From assembly GCA_049323655.1 (NCBI GenBank), contig JBMONO010000034.1:113653-177652 (forward strand): a stretch of 64,000 bases of DNA, given 5' to 3'. Positions 19,165 to 28,359 of the stretch are shown here, piece by piece (within the stretch, counting starts at the first letter, position 1; each line of letters opens with the position of its first letter). Position numbers and translations under genes: made by a program. The notes under the pieces are model-generated. The model did not search any database. It was given only the letters and a program-made list of their open reading frames with translations, and was not told the origin of the DNA. Source of the DNA: Thermodesulfobacteriota bacterium. GTDB taxonomy: Bacteria; Desulfobacterota; Desulfobulbia; Desulfobulbales; SURF-16.

Positions 19165-19549
19165 TGATTCCTCCTTAACAACGGGTTTTCATTAACTAGC
19201 ATTTGCGCTTCCACAAAGCCTGGCGAAAGATCACTCTGTGCACCAGGCAGCCATGATTGACAAACATTTCAGCGAAAATAACGACAAAAAATCACTTAAC
19301 AAGAAAGAAATGTTCTGTCAAGGCGAAAAATGAACGGTAATTCAGGCCTGGCCGAAACCTGTTGTTTGTACCTATTTCCTGAACGAAATCCCATTGATAA
19401 ACTTACTTGACAAATTTTTTTGCCGAGAGTAAAGGAGTTTGAATGACAAGTTTGGCACTTTATTAATGAGTTCCTTTGAGGAGAGGTTCAGGCGGGAGTG
19501 GCACCCCGTCTCGAGAGGAAACATTAATTCAATAATGGGAGAGAAGAGT

Positions 19550-20794
19550 ATGAGCGAGGAAAGCGTTTTCGGCAGCAAAGTGAAGGGGCTGTACAAGGCC
19601 CTCTGCCAGGAGGAGTGGAATGCCACGATGACCGGCATCATGGTGGCCCTGTTCTCCATCCTGATCATGGCGTGGTGGCGACCATGGGGGGCGGTGGGTG
19701 CCATCCGCAACTGGGGCGACTGGATCCTCTACGGCGTGGCCAGCGGTCTCGGCACCGAGGCTGGCTTCTTCACCTATTTCAGCGAAGCGCCGTCCGGCAT
19801 TTTATCAAATACCGGCTCGGTCATCGGTATCGGTTTTGTTGCCGGCGCCTTTATTTCGGCCTGCCTGGGCAATGATTTCGCCCTGCGCATTCCGCCGGTG
19901 CTGGAGATGTGCAAGGCCCTGGTCGCCGGTGTTTTCATGGGTATCGGCGCTGCCCTGGCCGGCGGCTGTAATGTCGGCGGTTTTTACAACGCCATCGGCA
20001 ATCTGTCCGCCCATGGCTTTGCCATGTGGCTCGGTCTCGTTATCGGTGTTATCATCGGTCTGAAATACATCTACTGGGAGATGGAGAACATCAGCTGGGG
20101 CAGCGGCGGTGCGAAGACCATTGAATTTCCCAAAGGGTTGAACGGGCTGCTGGGCGTCGTCGCCCTGGTTGCCCTGATCGCCGGCGCCTATATCTACGCC
20201 GGCAACGAGGACAGCGACTACATGGCCTCCCTCGGCGGCATCATCCTCATCGCCGCCGGACTCGGCTACTCCATGCAGCGCGGCCGCTGGTGCATGATCC
20301 AGGGTTTCCGTGAGCCGCACATGACCGGCAACTGCACCATGGCCAAATCCGTGGCACTGAGCATCTTTATCGTCGCCCTTGGTGCGGTGGTGCTCAAATA
20401 CGGGGTGCCGGTTCGGCTGGACGGCGATCCGGTCCTCGGCCCCATGAATTACGTCCGCGGCACCTTCGGCTGGGGCGGCGTGGTCGGCGGCATTGTTTTC
20501 GGTTTCGGCGCCATGCTGGCCGGCGGTTGCGGTACCGGCACCCTGTGGCGGGTCGGCGAAGGTCAGATCAAGCTGTGGATTGTCGTGCCGGTTTTTGCCG
20601 TCAGCAACTCCATCATCACCGCCTGGTTCATTGACCGCGAATTCGAGGCGGACGGTGTCCTTGGGAAGTATGTATTTCTGCCCGATGTCTTCGGTTTCGG
20701 CGGTACCCTTTTTCTCATCGGTGGCTTTCTGCTCGCCTGGTATCTCATTGTCGACTGGAACGAGGAATCGAACAAGTTGATCGTCGAGATGTAA
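19550..20794 (+). CDS. yedE: YeeE/YedE-family sulfur-compound transporter
   Basis: Polytopic membrane protein with repeated GGC(N/G)xG motifs (LAGGCNVGG, LAGGCGTGT). Start moved to ATG 19550, which follows GGAGAG. Confidence 0.85.
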   Translation: MSEESVFGSKVKGLYKALCQEEWNATMTGIMVALFSILIMAWWRPWGAVGAIRNWGDWILYGVASGLGTEAGFFTYFSEAPSGILSNTGSVIGIGFVAGAFISACLGNDFALRIPPVLEMCKALVAGVFMGIGAALAGGCNVGGFYNAIGNLSAHGFAMWLGLVIGVIIGLKYIYWEMENISWGSGGAKTIEFPKGLNGLLGVVALVALIAGAYIYAGNEDSDYMASLGGIILIAAGLGYSMQRGRWCMIQGFREPHMTGNCTMAKSVALSIFIVALGAVVLKYGVPVRLDGDPVLGPMNYVRGTFGWGGVVGGIVFGFGAMLAGGCGTGTLWRVGEGQIKLWIVVPVFAVSNSIITAWFIDREFEADGVLGKYVFLPDVFGFGGTLFLIGGFLLAWYLIVDWNEESNKLIVEM

Positions 20795-20831
20795 CCAAGG
20801 TCAGCCGGCTGTGCCGGCGGGGCTTGCGAAA

Positions 20832-20871
20832 AGTCGCATTTTCGGTATTGCCGGAAATGCGACTTTTTTTT
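20832..20871 (+). terminator. Rho-independent terminator after yedE
   Basis: AGTCGCATTTTCGG / CCGGAAATGCGACT stem followed by T8. Confidence 0.75.
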
Positions 20872-20960
20872 GGCCTTGACAGGGGCGCGCTGATGCGGGC
20901 ACAGTGTGGAGAACAGCAGTATTGCAGGTAATGACCATTCTGCTGAATACCTGACGATAA

Positions 20961-22811
20961 TTGATACCCATGAGAGGACCAAATTCGGGGCTGCGCCCCT
21001 TCATAACAGTCTCGGCGGACAAGCTGCTTTACGGCAACGAGGTGATCGCCATCGTCGATGACGAGATTGCCATTCGTGAGCCGCTGAAGATCTACTTCGA
21101 GCAACAGGGATTTCCCGTGGTTGATGCCATGGGAGGTGCGGAGCTGATGGACCTGCTGACCCGGCACAACATCGCCCTGATCCTGCTTGATATCGGCCTG
21201 CCGGATATGCAAGGCACCGCCCTGCTGCCCCAGATCAAAAGCAGCCATCCTGACACCTCCATCATCATGCTGTCAGGCCAGGCGGACATTCAGGTCGCCC
21301 TCGACTGTATCCGGAACGGCGCCGATGACTACATCACCAAACCGGTACAGTTCAACGAGATCCTGGTGGCGGTCAAAAAAAACCTGGAAAAGCGGCGACT
21401 CCTCGTGGAAAACCGCTCCTATCAGGAGGATCTGGAACAGGCTTATTTCCGCATCCAGTTGCTTCACCAACTCTCAGTGAAGATGAACTCCGTCTATCTC
21501 AGCTCCGGAGAACTTGACGAAATCCTTCGCGCCATTCTGGTCGGCATCACTGCCAATGAAGGACTGCGTTTCAACCGCGCCTTTCTCGCCATGCTTGACG
21601 ACCGGAATCAGCTACTGCAAGGGGCAATGGCCATCGGCCCGGGCTGTCGGGAGGAGGCTGCCAAGATCTGGACGGAAATGCGTGCCAAGGATCTGCAGTT
21701 CATCGATATCGTCAACAATCTCGGTAAAAATTGCGCCTTTGAAGACGACACGGTGAATCGGATTGTCAAGACGCTGCGTATCCCGACGGCCCGGGCTGAT
21801 CATATTCTGATCAGATCGGCGGCGGAGCGGGTCAGTTTCAAAGTGACAAACGGCTTGTCAACGATTCCGGTACCCGAGGACCTCATTGCCCTTCTTAACG
21901 AAGATACCTTTGTCGTGGTACCGCTGTTTGCACCCGGGCGCTCGATTGGTGTTATTATCGCCGATAATTACGTAACCAGAAAACCCATACCGGACGGCCA
22001 TGTCGGCGCTTTGGAGCTCTTTGCCAGCCAGGCAAGCCTGGCTATCGAGCAGAGTCGCTTGCAGCATGACATGCAGCGGAAGATAGTCGAGCTCGAAGAG
22101 GTGACCCACGAGCTCGACAAAAACAAGGATCTGCTGGTGGAGGCGGAGCGGTATGCCGCCCTCGGCCAGATGGCGGCTCAGATGGTGCATATCATCAGAA
22201 ATCCGATCACCTCGATCGGAGGAGTGGCACGGATCCTGGCGCGTAAAATAACCGGTGACGAGTGGAAGAAATATCTCGACGTCATGGTCAAGGAAACCGA
22301 TCGACTGGAGGCAACCCTGACCGAACTGTTCGATTTTGTCAGTCAACCCCAGGCGGAAAAGCAGATCGGCCCACTCTATCCGGTGATCAAAAAGACGTTG
22401 ATGCTGCTTCGCACCAGTCTGGTAAAGCAGAATATCACCTGGGATCTCCAGCTCCCCGAGCCGGATCCGCTGATCTGCATGGACAGCAAGCAGATTCGCC
22501 GGGTTTTTCTCAATATTTTACGTAATGCCATGGAGGCCATGCCTTACGGCGGCGTCCTGCGGATCAGTGCCAGCGTAGACGAAGAGATGGCACATATCTC
22601 CTTTCGCGATACTGGTACCGGCCTCAATGGCGCCTATCTCAGCAAGGCGGTGGAACCGTTTTTCACGACCAAAACGTATGGGACCGGCATGGGGTTGACC
22701 CTGGTCGACCGATTTGTCAAGGCCCATGGCGGGAATTTTACCCTGATACGCCACGATGACGGATTGGAGGTTCTGATCCATCTGCCGGTTGCCAAGCATG
22801 AAAATCTCTGA
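20961..22811 (+). CDS. Hybrid signalling protein: receiver - GAF - histidine kinase
   Basis: 616 aa. N-terminal REC domain (IVDDE...LLDIGLPDMQG). Central GAF-like region. H-box MVHIIRNP. HATPase motifs (RNAMEAM, DTGTGL, GTGMGL). Confidence 0.85.
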   Translation: MIPMRGPNSGLRPFITVSADKLLYGNEVIAIVDDEIAIREPLKIYFEQQGFPVVDAMGGAELMDLLTRHNIALILLDIGLPDMQGTALLPQIKSSHPDTSIIMLSGQADIQVALDCIRNGADDYITKPVQFNEILVAVKKNLEKRRLLVENRSYQEDLEQAYFRIQLLHQLSVKMNSVYLSSGELDEILRAILVGITANEGLRFNRAFLAMLDDRNQLLQGAMAIGPGCREEAAKIWTEMRAKDLQFIDIVNNLGKNCAFEDDTVNRIVKTLRIPTARADHILIRSAAERVSFKVTNGLSTIPVPEDLIALLNEDTFVVVPLFAPGRSIGVIIADNYVTRKPIPDGHVGALELFASQASLAIEQSRLQHDMQRKIVELEEVTHELDKNKDLLVEAERYAALGQMAAQMVHIIRNPITSIGGVARILARKITGDEWKKYLDVMVKETDRLEATLTELFDFVSQPQAEKQIGPLYPVIKKTLMLLRTSLVKQNITWDLQLPEPDPLICMDSKQIRRVFLNILRNAMEAMPYGGVLRISASVDEEMAHISFRDTGTGLNGAYLSKAVEPFFTTKTYGTGMGLTLVDRFVKAHGGNFTLIRHDDGLEVLIHLPVAKHENL

Positions 22812-23835
22812 AATTCTCCATCCTCGGGCCGGCAGTTCGACGCAGTCTGCGCCAGCCGCCAACTCCGCGACAGGACAAGTGGGCGCGGAGACAGCCCGTT
22901 TTGCCGTCGGCGATCTGATCAAGGCCAGGGTGTTGGCGGTGGAGGGCGACGGCCGCGTCACCCTTGACGTCAACGGCGTGACCCTCTCCGCTCGCAGTGC
23001 GGTTCCTCTGACGGTGGGAAGAGAACTCTGGCTGGAAATAGGGGCCGGCGGCAGTTTACCGTTGCTTGCCCTCGCTGCCAAGAAGGGGGCGGTACAGGAC
23101 CTGTTGAAACTTCTGCTTTCCCCAGGCCTTGCGCCGGCATCAGGGGGGGAGAAAGCAAAGGCCGATCCTGCTCTTCCGGTCGCTTCCGGCACCCAGCTGG
23201 TCGGTCTCAGAGTGCCAGCCGGGGCGCTCGCCGTTCCTGTCGGCGAGAATGCCGCGCCCGAACGGGTGAAGATGCTTGTCTCGCTGCTGAGCCGGCAGCT
23301 TTCGCCGGAAGAAGATCGAGGTGGGTTGCTTGCCGCGCTTGCCGGGCGCACGACACGGGCGGATCCTTCTTCGACTGCGACAGACCTGTTTGTTCGCATC
23401 CTGACTGCTCACCAGGAAGTGAACAGCCAGCCTCCCCAGTCGGGCAATCAGAATTTTTTTCTTTTTCCCTGTTTTTTTACCGGCAGCGAAGGATGGGGTG
23501 AATGGGTTTTTTCTCCGGAAAAAGCCGATGCCCAGGAGAATCCGTCATACAGTGTCAGCTTTTTTCTTGAGATGAGCGCACTTGGCCCCCTGTCGATTCA
23601 TGCCAGTGTCAGGGGTGCCGCCATCAGCGGTGAACTCTGTCCAGGGTCGGAAAAAGCCCGGCTTTTCATCTCGGAACGATTGCCGGAACTCAGTGGGGCG
23701 CTTGCCGATCTGGGCTACCGGCCCGTTGCCTTGTCGTGCCGGCTGCAGTCGAAAGCCCTGGTTGCTCAGCTGGCTGAAAAGCTCGAACAAAAGGCCTCAC
23801 TGAAGCGGTTTTCTCTTGTCGATCTCAATGTTTGA
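22789..23835 (+). CDS. FliK-like (flagellar hook-length control C-domain-like) protein
   Basis: 348 aa, Ala/Pro-rich. The C-terminal block FFLEMSALGPLSIHASVRG..ISGEL....KARLFISERLPELSGALADLGY resembles the Flg_hook domain. Overlaps the kinase gene by 23 nt. Confidence 0.45.
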   Translation: MPSMKISEILHPRAGSSTQSAPAANSATGQVGAETARFAVGDLIKARVLAVEGDGRVTLDVNGVTLSARSAVPLTVGRELWLEIGAGGSLPLLALAAKKGAVQDLLKLLLSPGLAPASGGEKAKADPALPVASGTQLVGLRVPAGALAVPVGENAAPERVKMLVSLLSRQLSPEEDRGGLLAALAGRTTRADPSSTATDLFVRILTAHQEVNSQPPQSGNQNFFLFPCFFTGSEGWGEWVFSPEKADAQENPSYSVSFFLEMSALGPLSIHASVRGAAISGELCPGSEKARLFISERLPELSGALADLGYRPVALSCRLQSKALVAQLAEKLEQKASLKRFSLVDLNV

Positions 23836-25254
23836 TTCCAACTTTCCGGGCTGGCCGGCCGGCCGTTGCCAGGACAAATAGACAGCCAGCAATCCGACCA
23901 GAAAAAAGATAAAAAAGGTTGCCCGCATTGCCTGGCAGAAAGATGCTGCCATATGCGGTTGGTAATGCTGTAGGTCATAACCTCCCGATGCGTGCCGAAA
24001 AAAAGAGGAAAACAGGCCGCCGGACATGGCCACACCCAGCATCATCCCGAGGTTGCGGGCGGTTGCCAGCAGTGCTGCCGCGGTGCCGCTTTTTTTGTTG
24101 GTCAGTCGGCCGAGGACGGAGGCGCTGTTGGGCGAGAGGAACATACCCTGGCCGATGCCGAAAAGGGCAAGACGGGCTGCTACCGATCGAGGTGACGAGT
24201 CGGGGGTCAGGGTGGCGAGGAGAAGCAGGCCGCAGCAGGAGCTGGCAAGTCCGGCGGTGGAGAGGAGCCGTGCGCCGAAAATGTCGGAGAGGGAGCCGGC
24301 GAGTGGCGCCACAAGCAGGACGGTCAGGGGGATGGTCAGCATGACCAGGCCGATCCGTGAAGGGTTCAAGCCGACGACCCGGTCGAGAAAAAAGGGGATC
24401 AGGATCAGAACGGCGAAAAGAATGAGAAATGAGAAGAGGGCGCTTGCCACGCCGATGGAAAAAAAGGGGAGCTGCAGCAGGGGAAGGGGAAGGATCGGAT
24501 CCTGGGCCGCGGCTTCGACCCGCAGCAGCAGAGCGGCAACCACAGCGACGCCGCCGACTGCCAAAGCGGCGGCCCACCAGGAGATACCGTGCGGTCCGGC
24601 ATGGGTGAGGAAAGAGGAGATCCCGGTCAACAGCAGGGTCCAGAGGAAAACACCTGGCCAGTCGAAAGATGATGTGGCGCTCCGGCTCGAGATGGTGGCC
24701 GGCAGGATGAGTTGGGAAAAAAAGGTGAGGAGGAAGCAGATGGGCAAGGAAAGAAAAAAAACGGCGCGCCAGGAGAGAAATTCGACGAGATAGCCGCCGA
24801 TCACCGGACCAGACATCAGACCGAGGGAAATGGGAATCCCGAGCAGGCCCATGCCGTGGCCCAGTTTTTCAGGGGGGAATGACTGGCGGATGAGGGCCGG
24901 GCCGTTTGCCATGAGCATGGCTGCGCCGATGGCCTGAAAAAAACGAGCGGCAATCAGTACGTTTAACGTGCCGGCAAGAGAGCAGAGCAGCGAGCCGGTG
25001 CCAAAGATAAAAAAGCCGAGACCGTAAAAGCGGTTGCGTCCCCAGCGGTCGGAAAAATGGCCCCAGAGCAGCAGGGTGGTGCTGGTGGTCAGCAGATAGG
25101 CGATCACCACCCATTCGGTTTTATGCAACGGCGAGTCGAATTCGGCCATAATCGTCGGCAGGGCGATATTGACCATGGAGCTGTCCAGGGTGGAGAGAAA
25201 GACTCCCAGGCTGACGACCAGAAAAATCAGCCATTTTCGGTTGCCGTCACTCAC
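23797..25254 (-). CDS. MFS transporter, DHA2 (EmrB/QacA-like, 14-TMS) family
   Basis: Motif LDSSMVNIALPTI near TM1 and many TM segments. Start placed at GTG 25254 (GAGG upstream), because the first ~56 codons of the ORF-track version look like translated intergenic sequence. Confidence 0.8.
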   Translation of the reverse strand: MSDGNRKWLIFLVVSLGVFLSTLDSSMVNIALPTIMAEFDSPLHKTEWVVIAYLLTTSTTLLLWGHFSDRWGRNRFYGLGFFIFGTGSLLCSLAGTLNVLIAARFFQAIGAAMLMANGPALIRQSFPPEKLGHGMGLLGIPISLGLMSGPVIGGYLVEFLSWRAVFFLSLPICFLLTFFSQLILPATISSRSATSSFDWPGVFLWTLLLTGISSFLTHAGPHGISWWAAALAVGGVAVVAALLLRVEAAAQDPILPLPLLQLPFFSIGVASALFSFLILFAVLILIPFFLDRVVGLNPSRIGLVMLTIPLTVLLVAPLAGSLSDIFGARLLSTAGLASSCCGLLLLATLTPDSSPRSVAARLALFGIGQGMFLSPNSASVLGRLTNKKSGTAAALLATARNLGMMLGVAMSGGLFSSFFRHASGGYDLQHYQPHMAASFCQAMRATFFIFFLVGLLAVYLSWQRPAGQPGKLESNIEIDKRKPLQ

Positions 25255-25404
25255 GAGTGCCTCGCTGTTTCGGGGAATGATCTTTTTGTTGACATGAAAG
25301 GAACCTTGCGGGTATTTTAGGTGTCTCTTAATTTGTGTCTTTTTGGGAATCAATGCGGGGATCAAGTCTTCTATTCTCCGTCTTCTACTGCATATGGTGA
25401 AAGA

Positions 25405-25902
25405 ATGAAAAAAGAAATACAAAAAAAATTCCGTCTCGCCTGTTTTGTCCTGTTTTTTTCAGCCCTGTTCTCCTTCTCCGCTCTGGCCGCCACCGCCATG
25501 CCAAGTTTCACCCTCGAATCCGCCAATGACGGGAAAAGCATCGACAGCGCGCAGTTCAAGGGGAAGGTCGTACTCGTCACTTTCTTTGCCACCTGGTGCC
25601 CTCCCTGCATGCAGGAAATTCCCTCCCTCATCAGCCTGCAGGACGAGTATGGCAAAAGCGGCTTTTCCGTGGTGGCCATTTCCGTTGACCAGGGTGGAGC
25701 CAGACCGGTGAAACGGGTTATGGAAAAGACCGGTATCAACTACCCCGTGCTGATGGCAGACAACAAGGTCACCCGTGATTTCGGCGGTATCGTCGGCATC
25801 CCCACCTCTTTTCTGATCAACCGGGACGGCAATATCGTCAAAAGCTATCCGGGGTATGTGACCCATTCGGTGCTGGCTGCGGATATCAAGCAGATTCTTT
25901 AA
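25405..25902 (+). CDS. Secreted TlpA/ResA-like thiol:disulfide oxidoreductase
   Basis: Signal peptide MKKEIQKKFRLACFVLFFSALFSFSALA. Thioredoxin motif FFATWCPPCMQEIP. Confidence 0.85.
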   Translation: MKKEIQKKFRLACFVLFFSALFSFSALAATAMPSFTLESANDGKSIDSAQFKGKVVLVTFFATWCPPCMQEIPSLISLQDEYGKSGFSVVAISVDQGGARPVKRVMEKTGINYPVLMADNKVTRDFGGIVGIPTSFLINRDGNIVKSYPGYVTHSVLAADIKQIL

Positions 25903-26038
25903 GAGTTTAAAGGTGCGGCGGCGTCGTGAAAGCGGAGGCGGAAAAATGGTGCGTTTCGCATTCCGCGATCCCGCCGCAAAGGCGGCGACCGGACTTTTTT
26001 GCGACGCCATCTAAAATGAGAACCGATTCATTTTCCGG

Positions 26039-26066
26039 TTGACATCTGGTCAGGAGCCGGTATAGT
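26039..26066 (+). promoter_or_regulatory. Sigma-70-type promoter for the small secreted-protein gene
   Basis: TTGACA (26039-26044), a 16-nt spacer, then TATAGT (26061-26066), about 60 nt upstream of ATG 26128. Confidence 0.5.
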
Positions 26067-26127
26067 TATTGCCATAGGCTTTCCTGGTAGGAAATTTTCG
26101 ATCCGAACATCAGCAAAGGAGAAAGAA

Positions 26128-26334
26128 ATGAGCAAAAAACTTTTGACTCTGGCCCTGGCAGCAGTTTTTCTTGCAAGCACCGCATCCGTTTCTCTGGCTG
26201 CAAAAATTAAATGCACTGTCGACAGCGTTGAAGGCGACAAGGTAACCATGACCTGCTCCGGCGCCGATGACCTGAAGGCCGGTGATAATGTTGAAGTAAA
26301 AGCTAAAAAAGGCAAAGCGATCGAAGGTTGCTAA
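26128..26334 (+). CDS. Small secreted Cys-containing protein (68 aa precursor)
   Basis: Signal peptide MSKKLLTLALAAVFLASTASVSLA. About 45-aa mature part with 3 Cys, ending AIEGC. GGAG RBS, its own promoter and its own terminator. Confidence 0.6.
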   Translation: MSKKLLTLALAAVFLASTASVSLAAKIKCTVDSVEGDKVTMTCSGADDLKAGDNVEVKAKKGKAIEGC

Positions 26335-26364
26335 TTCCCCCCGCTTCCTTCTCGAATACCAGCA

Positions 26365-26403
26365 AAAGACCGTTTGATCTTCGGATGAAACGGTCTTTTT
26401 TTT
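26365..26403 (+). terminator. Rho-independent terminator
   Basis: AAAGACCGTTT / AAACGGTCTTT stem followed by a T-run that extends to 26403. Confidence 0.8.
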
Positions 26404-26461
26404 GTTGTACGGACAACGGTATGGGCTTACAGCACAACGACGATCACCGGACGAGGGTCGT

Positions 26462-27271
26462 GTGAATCTCCTTTATGCCGCCTTTCTCGGCATCCTCCAG
26501 GGTGCCACGGAATTTCTGCCGGTATCGAGCTCCGGTCATCTGGCCCTGGCCGAGGCCTTTTTTCAGATTGAAGAGGCGGGGTTGCCTTTTGACGTTGCCC
26601 TGCACATGGGAACCCTGATCGCGATCCTTATCTATTTTCGCAAGGATTTTCGCGAACTGCTGTTCGCCTTTGTTTCGCGGACCGACGACGCGGAAACATG
26701 CCGCCAGCGGCGGATGTGCTGGTATATCGCCTTGGGCACTTTGCCGGCGGTGGCAGCCGGTCTGCTCCTCGAGCATGCTGCCGAACACTATCTGCGCGGG
26801 CCGGCCACTGTCGCCTTTTCCCTGTCCGGTGCCGGTTTTTTTCTCTGGCTGGCGGAAAAAAAGGGGAGCAAAAGCCGAAATTTTGCGGCCATCACCCTGC
26901 GTGATGCCCTTCTTATCGGCTTCTGTCAGGCTTTTGCCCTGATTCCCGGTGTTTCGCGCAGCGGCAGCACCATCACCGCCGGGCTTTTTCTCGGACTGAG
27001 CCGCTCAGCCAGCGCCCGGTTTTCCTTTTTATTGTCCGCGCCGATTATCTTCGGGGCCGGGGTCTACAAAATTCCCAAAATTCTTGGCCAGGGGCTTGAC
27101 CGCAACGAAATTCTTTTTTATCTATCGGGTTTTTTTGCTGCAGCACTCTCCGGATACGCCGTCATTGCCCTGCTCATGCGTTTTGTCCGTACCCGCAGTC
27201 TGGCCGTTTTTGCCTATTACCGTTTCGCCTTGTCAGCAGTGGTGGTGGTCGCCCTGCTGCTTGGTTGCTGA
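26462..27271 (+). CDS. uppP: Undecaprenyl-diphosphate phosphatase
   Basis: BacA/UppP motifs (GILQGATEFLPVSSSGHL, PGVSRSGSTI). Start placed at GTG 26462, giving the usual N-terminus. Confidence 0.9.
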   Translation: MNLLYAAFLGILQGATEFLPVSSSGHLALAEAFFQIEEAGLPFDVALHMGTLIAILIYFRKDFRELLFAFVSRTDDAETCRQRRMCWYIALGTLPAVAAGLLLEHAAEHYLRGPATVAFSLSGAGFFLWLAEKKGSKSRNFAAITLRDALLIGFCQAFALIPGVSRSGSTITAGLFLGLSRSASARFSFLLSAPIIFGAGVYKIPKILGQGLDRNEILFYLSGFFAAALSGYAVIALLMRFVRTRSLAVFAYYRFALSAVVVVALLLGC

Positions 27272-27347
27272 ATGGGCAATGTTCGCCGACGTCGCGAACC
27301 ACTTGCGCGATGCCGGCTCCATTTCACTCTGACACCAGGTATCTGAC

Positions 27348-28037
27348 GTGGAAGCACACCATCTCCCCGAGTCGGCGCAGGCCGCCTTGAAAAGAATCAG
27401 AAAACAGTACAAAGTCGGTTTTGAGCCCCTGCGGATCAGGGATATCGAGCTCCATATTCTCCAGGTGACCGACCTCGAACATCTGCTCGCCGGTCGCGAT
27501 CCCTTTGCCGATGTTGCCAGCTTCCCCTTCTGGGTGAAACTGTGGGAGGCCTCGTTGATGCTGGCCGATATCATGGCCACCATCCCCGCCGAACCTGGGC
27601 AGCGGGTGCTCGAGCTGGGCGCCGGCCTGGCCGCCCCCGGTCTCGTAGCCGCGGCCCGCGGTTACCAGGTCACCTTGAGCGATTACGAACCCCATATCCT
27701 TGATTTTCAAAGGGTCAGTGCGGCGGCAAGTGGTCTCGCCGGCGTTGAGTTTCGTATCATCGACTGGAAAAACCCCCCGCAACTCGAACCCTTTGATATC
27801 ATCCTCGGCGCCGAGATCCTTTTCCGTGCTGAGTTCTTCCAGCCTCTGCTCACCGTCTTTGACCGCTATCTCGCCCCCGAGGGAACCATTTACATCGCCC
27901 ATGACGTCCGGCGCAAGAGTGTGCCGCAATTTCTCGAACTGGCGCAAAAGAACTATCAAATCGCCGTTTCCGCCCGCAAGATGACCACTGGCGACGGTGA
28001 GCTGACCATCCTCGTCAATCGATTACGGAAAAAATAA
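27348..28037 (+). CDS. Class I SAM-dependent methyltransferase (Methyltransf_16-like)
   Basis: Motif I VLELGAGLAAPGLVAA, followed by an acidic post-I residue (LSDYE). Confidence 0.7.
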   Translation: MEAHHLPESAQAALKRIRKQYKVGFEPLRIRDIELHILQVTDLEHLLAGRDPFADVASFPFWVKLWEASLMLADIMATIPAEPGQRVLELGAGLAAPGLVAAARGYQVTLSDYEPHILDFQRVSAAASGLAGVEFRIIDWKNPPQLEPFDIILGAEILFRAEFFQPLLTVFDRYLAPEGTIYIAHDVRRKSVPQFLELAQKNYQIAVSARKMTTGDGELTILVNRLRKK

Positions 28038-28044
28038 CGTCACC

Positions 28045-28359
28045 ATGCCGCTTTACGAGTATGAACATATCGAGGAAAAATGTAGTCTTGGTCTTCGTTT
28101 CGAGTTGACCCAGTCGTTGTCCAGCCCACGGCTGACCGTCTGCCCGCAGTGCGGGGCGCCGGTCCGGCGCCTTATCTCCCTGTGCTCGGTCAGCACGCCG
28201 AAGACCAACAGCGACCTGAAAAATCTCGGCTTCACCAAGCTGGTCCGTCGTGACGACGGTGTCTATGAAAATGTCACCGCCACCGGCAAGGAGAGTAAAA
28301 TCTGGGACGCGTGCAAGCCGGAGACCATGCCGGATCTGCGTTCCAAGATCCGTGACTGA
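28045..28359 (+). CDS. FmdB-family zinc-ribbon protein
   Basis: N-terminus MPLYEYEH...CPQCGAPVRRLIS matches the FmdB/CxxC_CxxC_SSSS pattern, although the first CxxC knuckle is degenerate. Confidence 0.65.
   Translation: MPLYEYEHIEEKCSLGLRFELTQSLSSPRLTVCPQCGAPVRRLISLCSVSTPKTNSDLKNLGFTKLVRRDDGVYENVTATGKESKIWDACKPETMPDLRSKIRD

Noticed and set aside
19455-19480. TGGCAC-TTTAT-TAAT upstream of yedE as a sigma-54 promoter.
   Set aside because: The -12 element lacks the essential GC dinucleotide, so this is probably chance.
23797-25422. Full-length 541-aa version of the MFS transporter ORF.
   Set aside because: The first ~56 codons (MYFFFHSFTICSRRRR...) are AT-rich and non-membrane-like, and they overlap the divergent promoter region. 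GTG 25254 with an upstream GAGG is the more plausible start. This remains uncertain.
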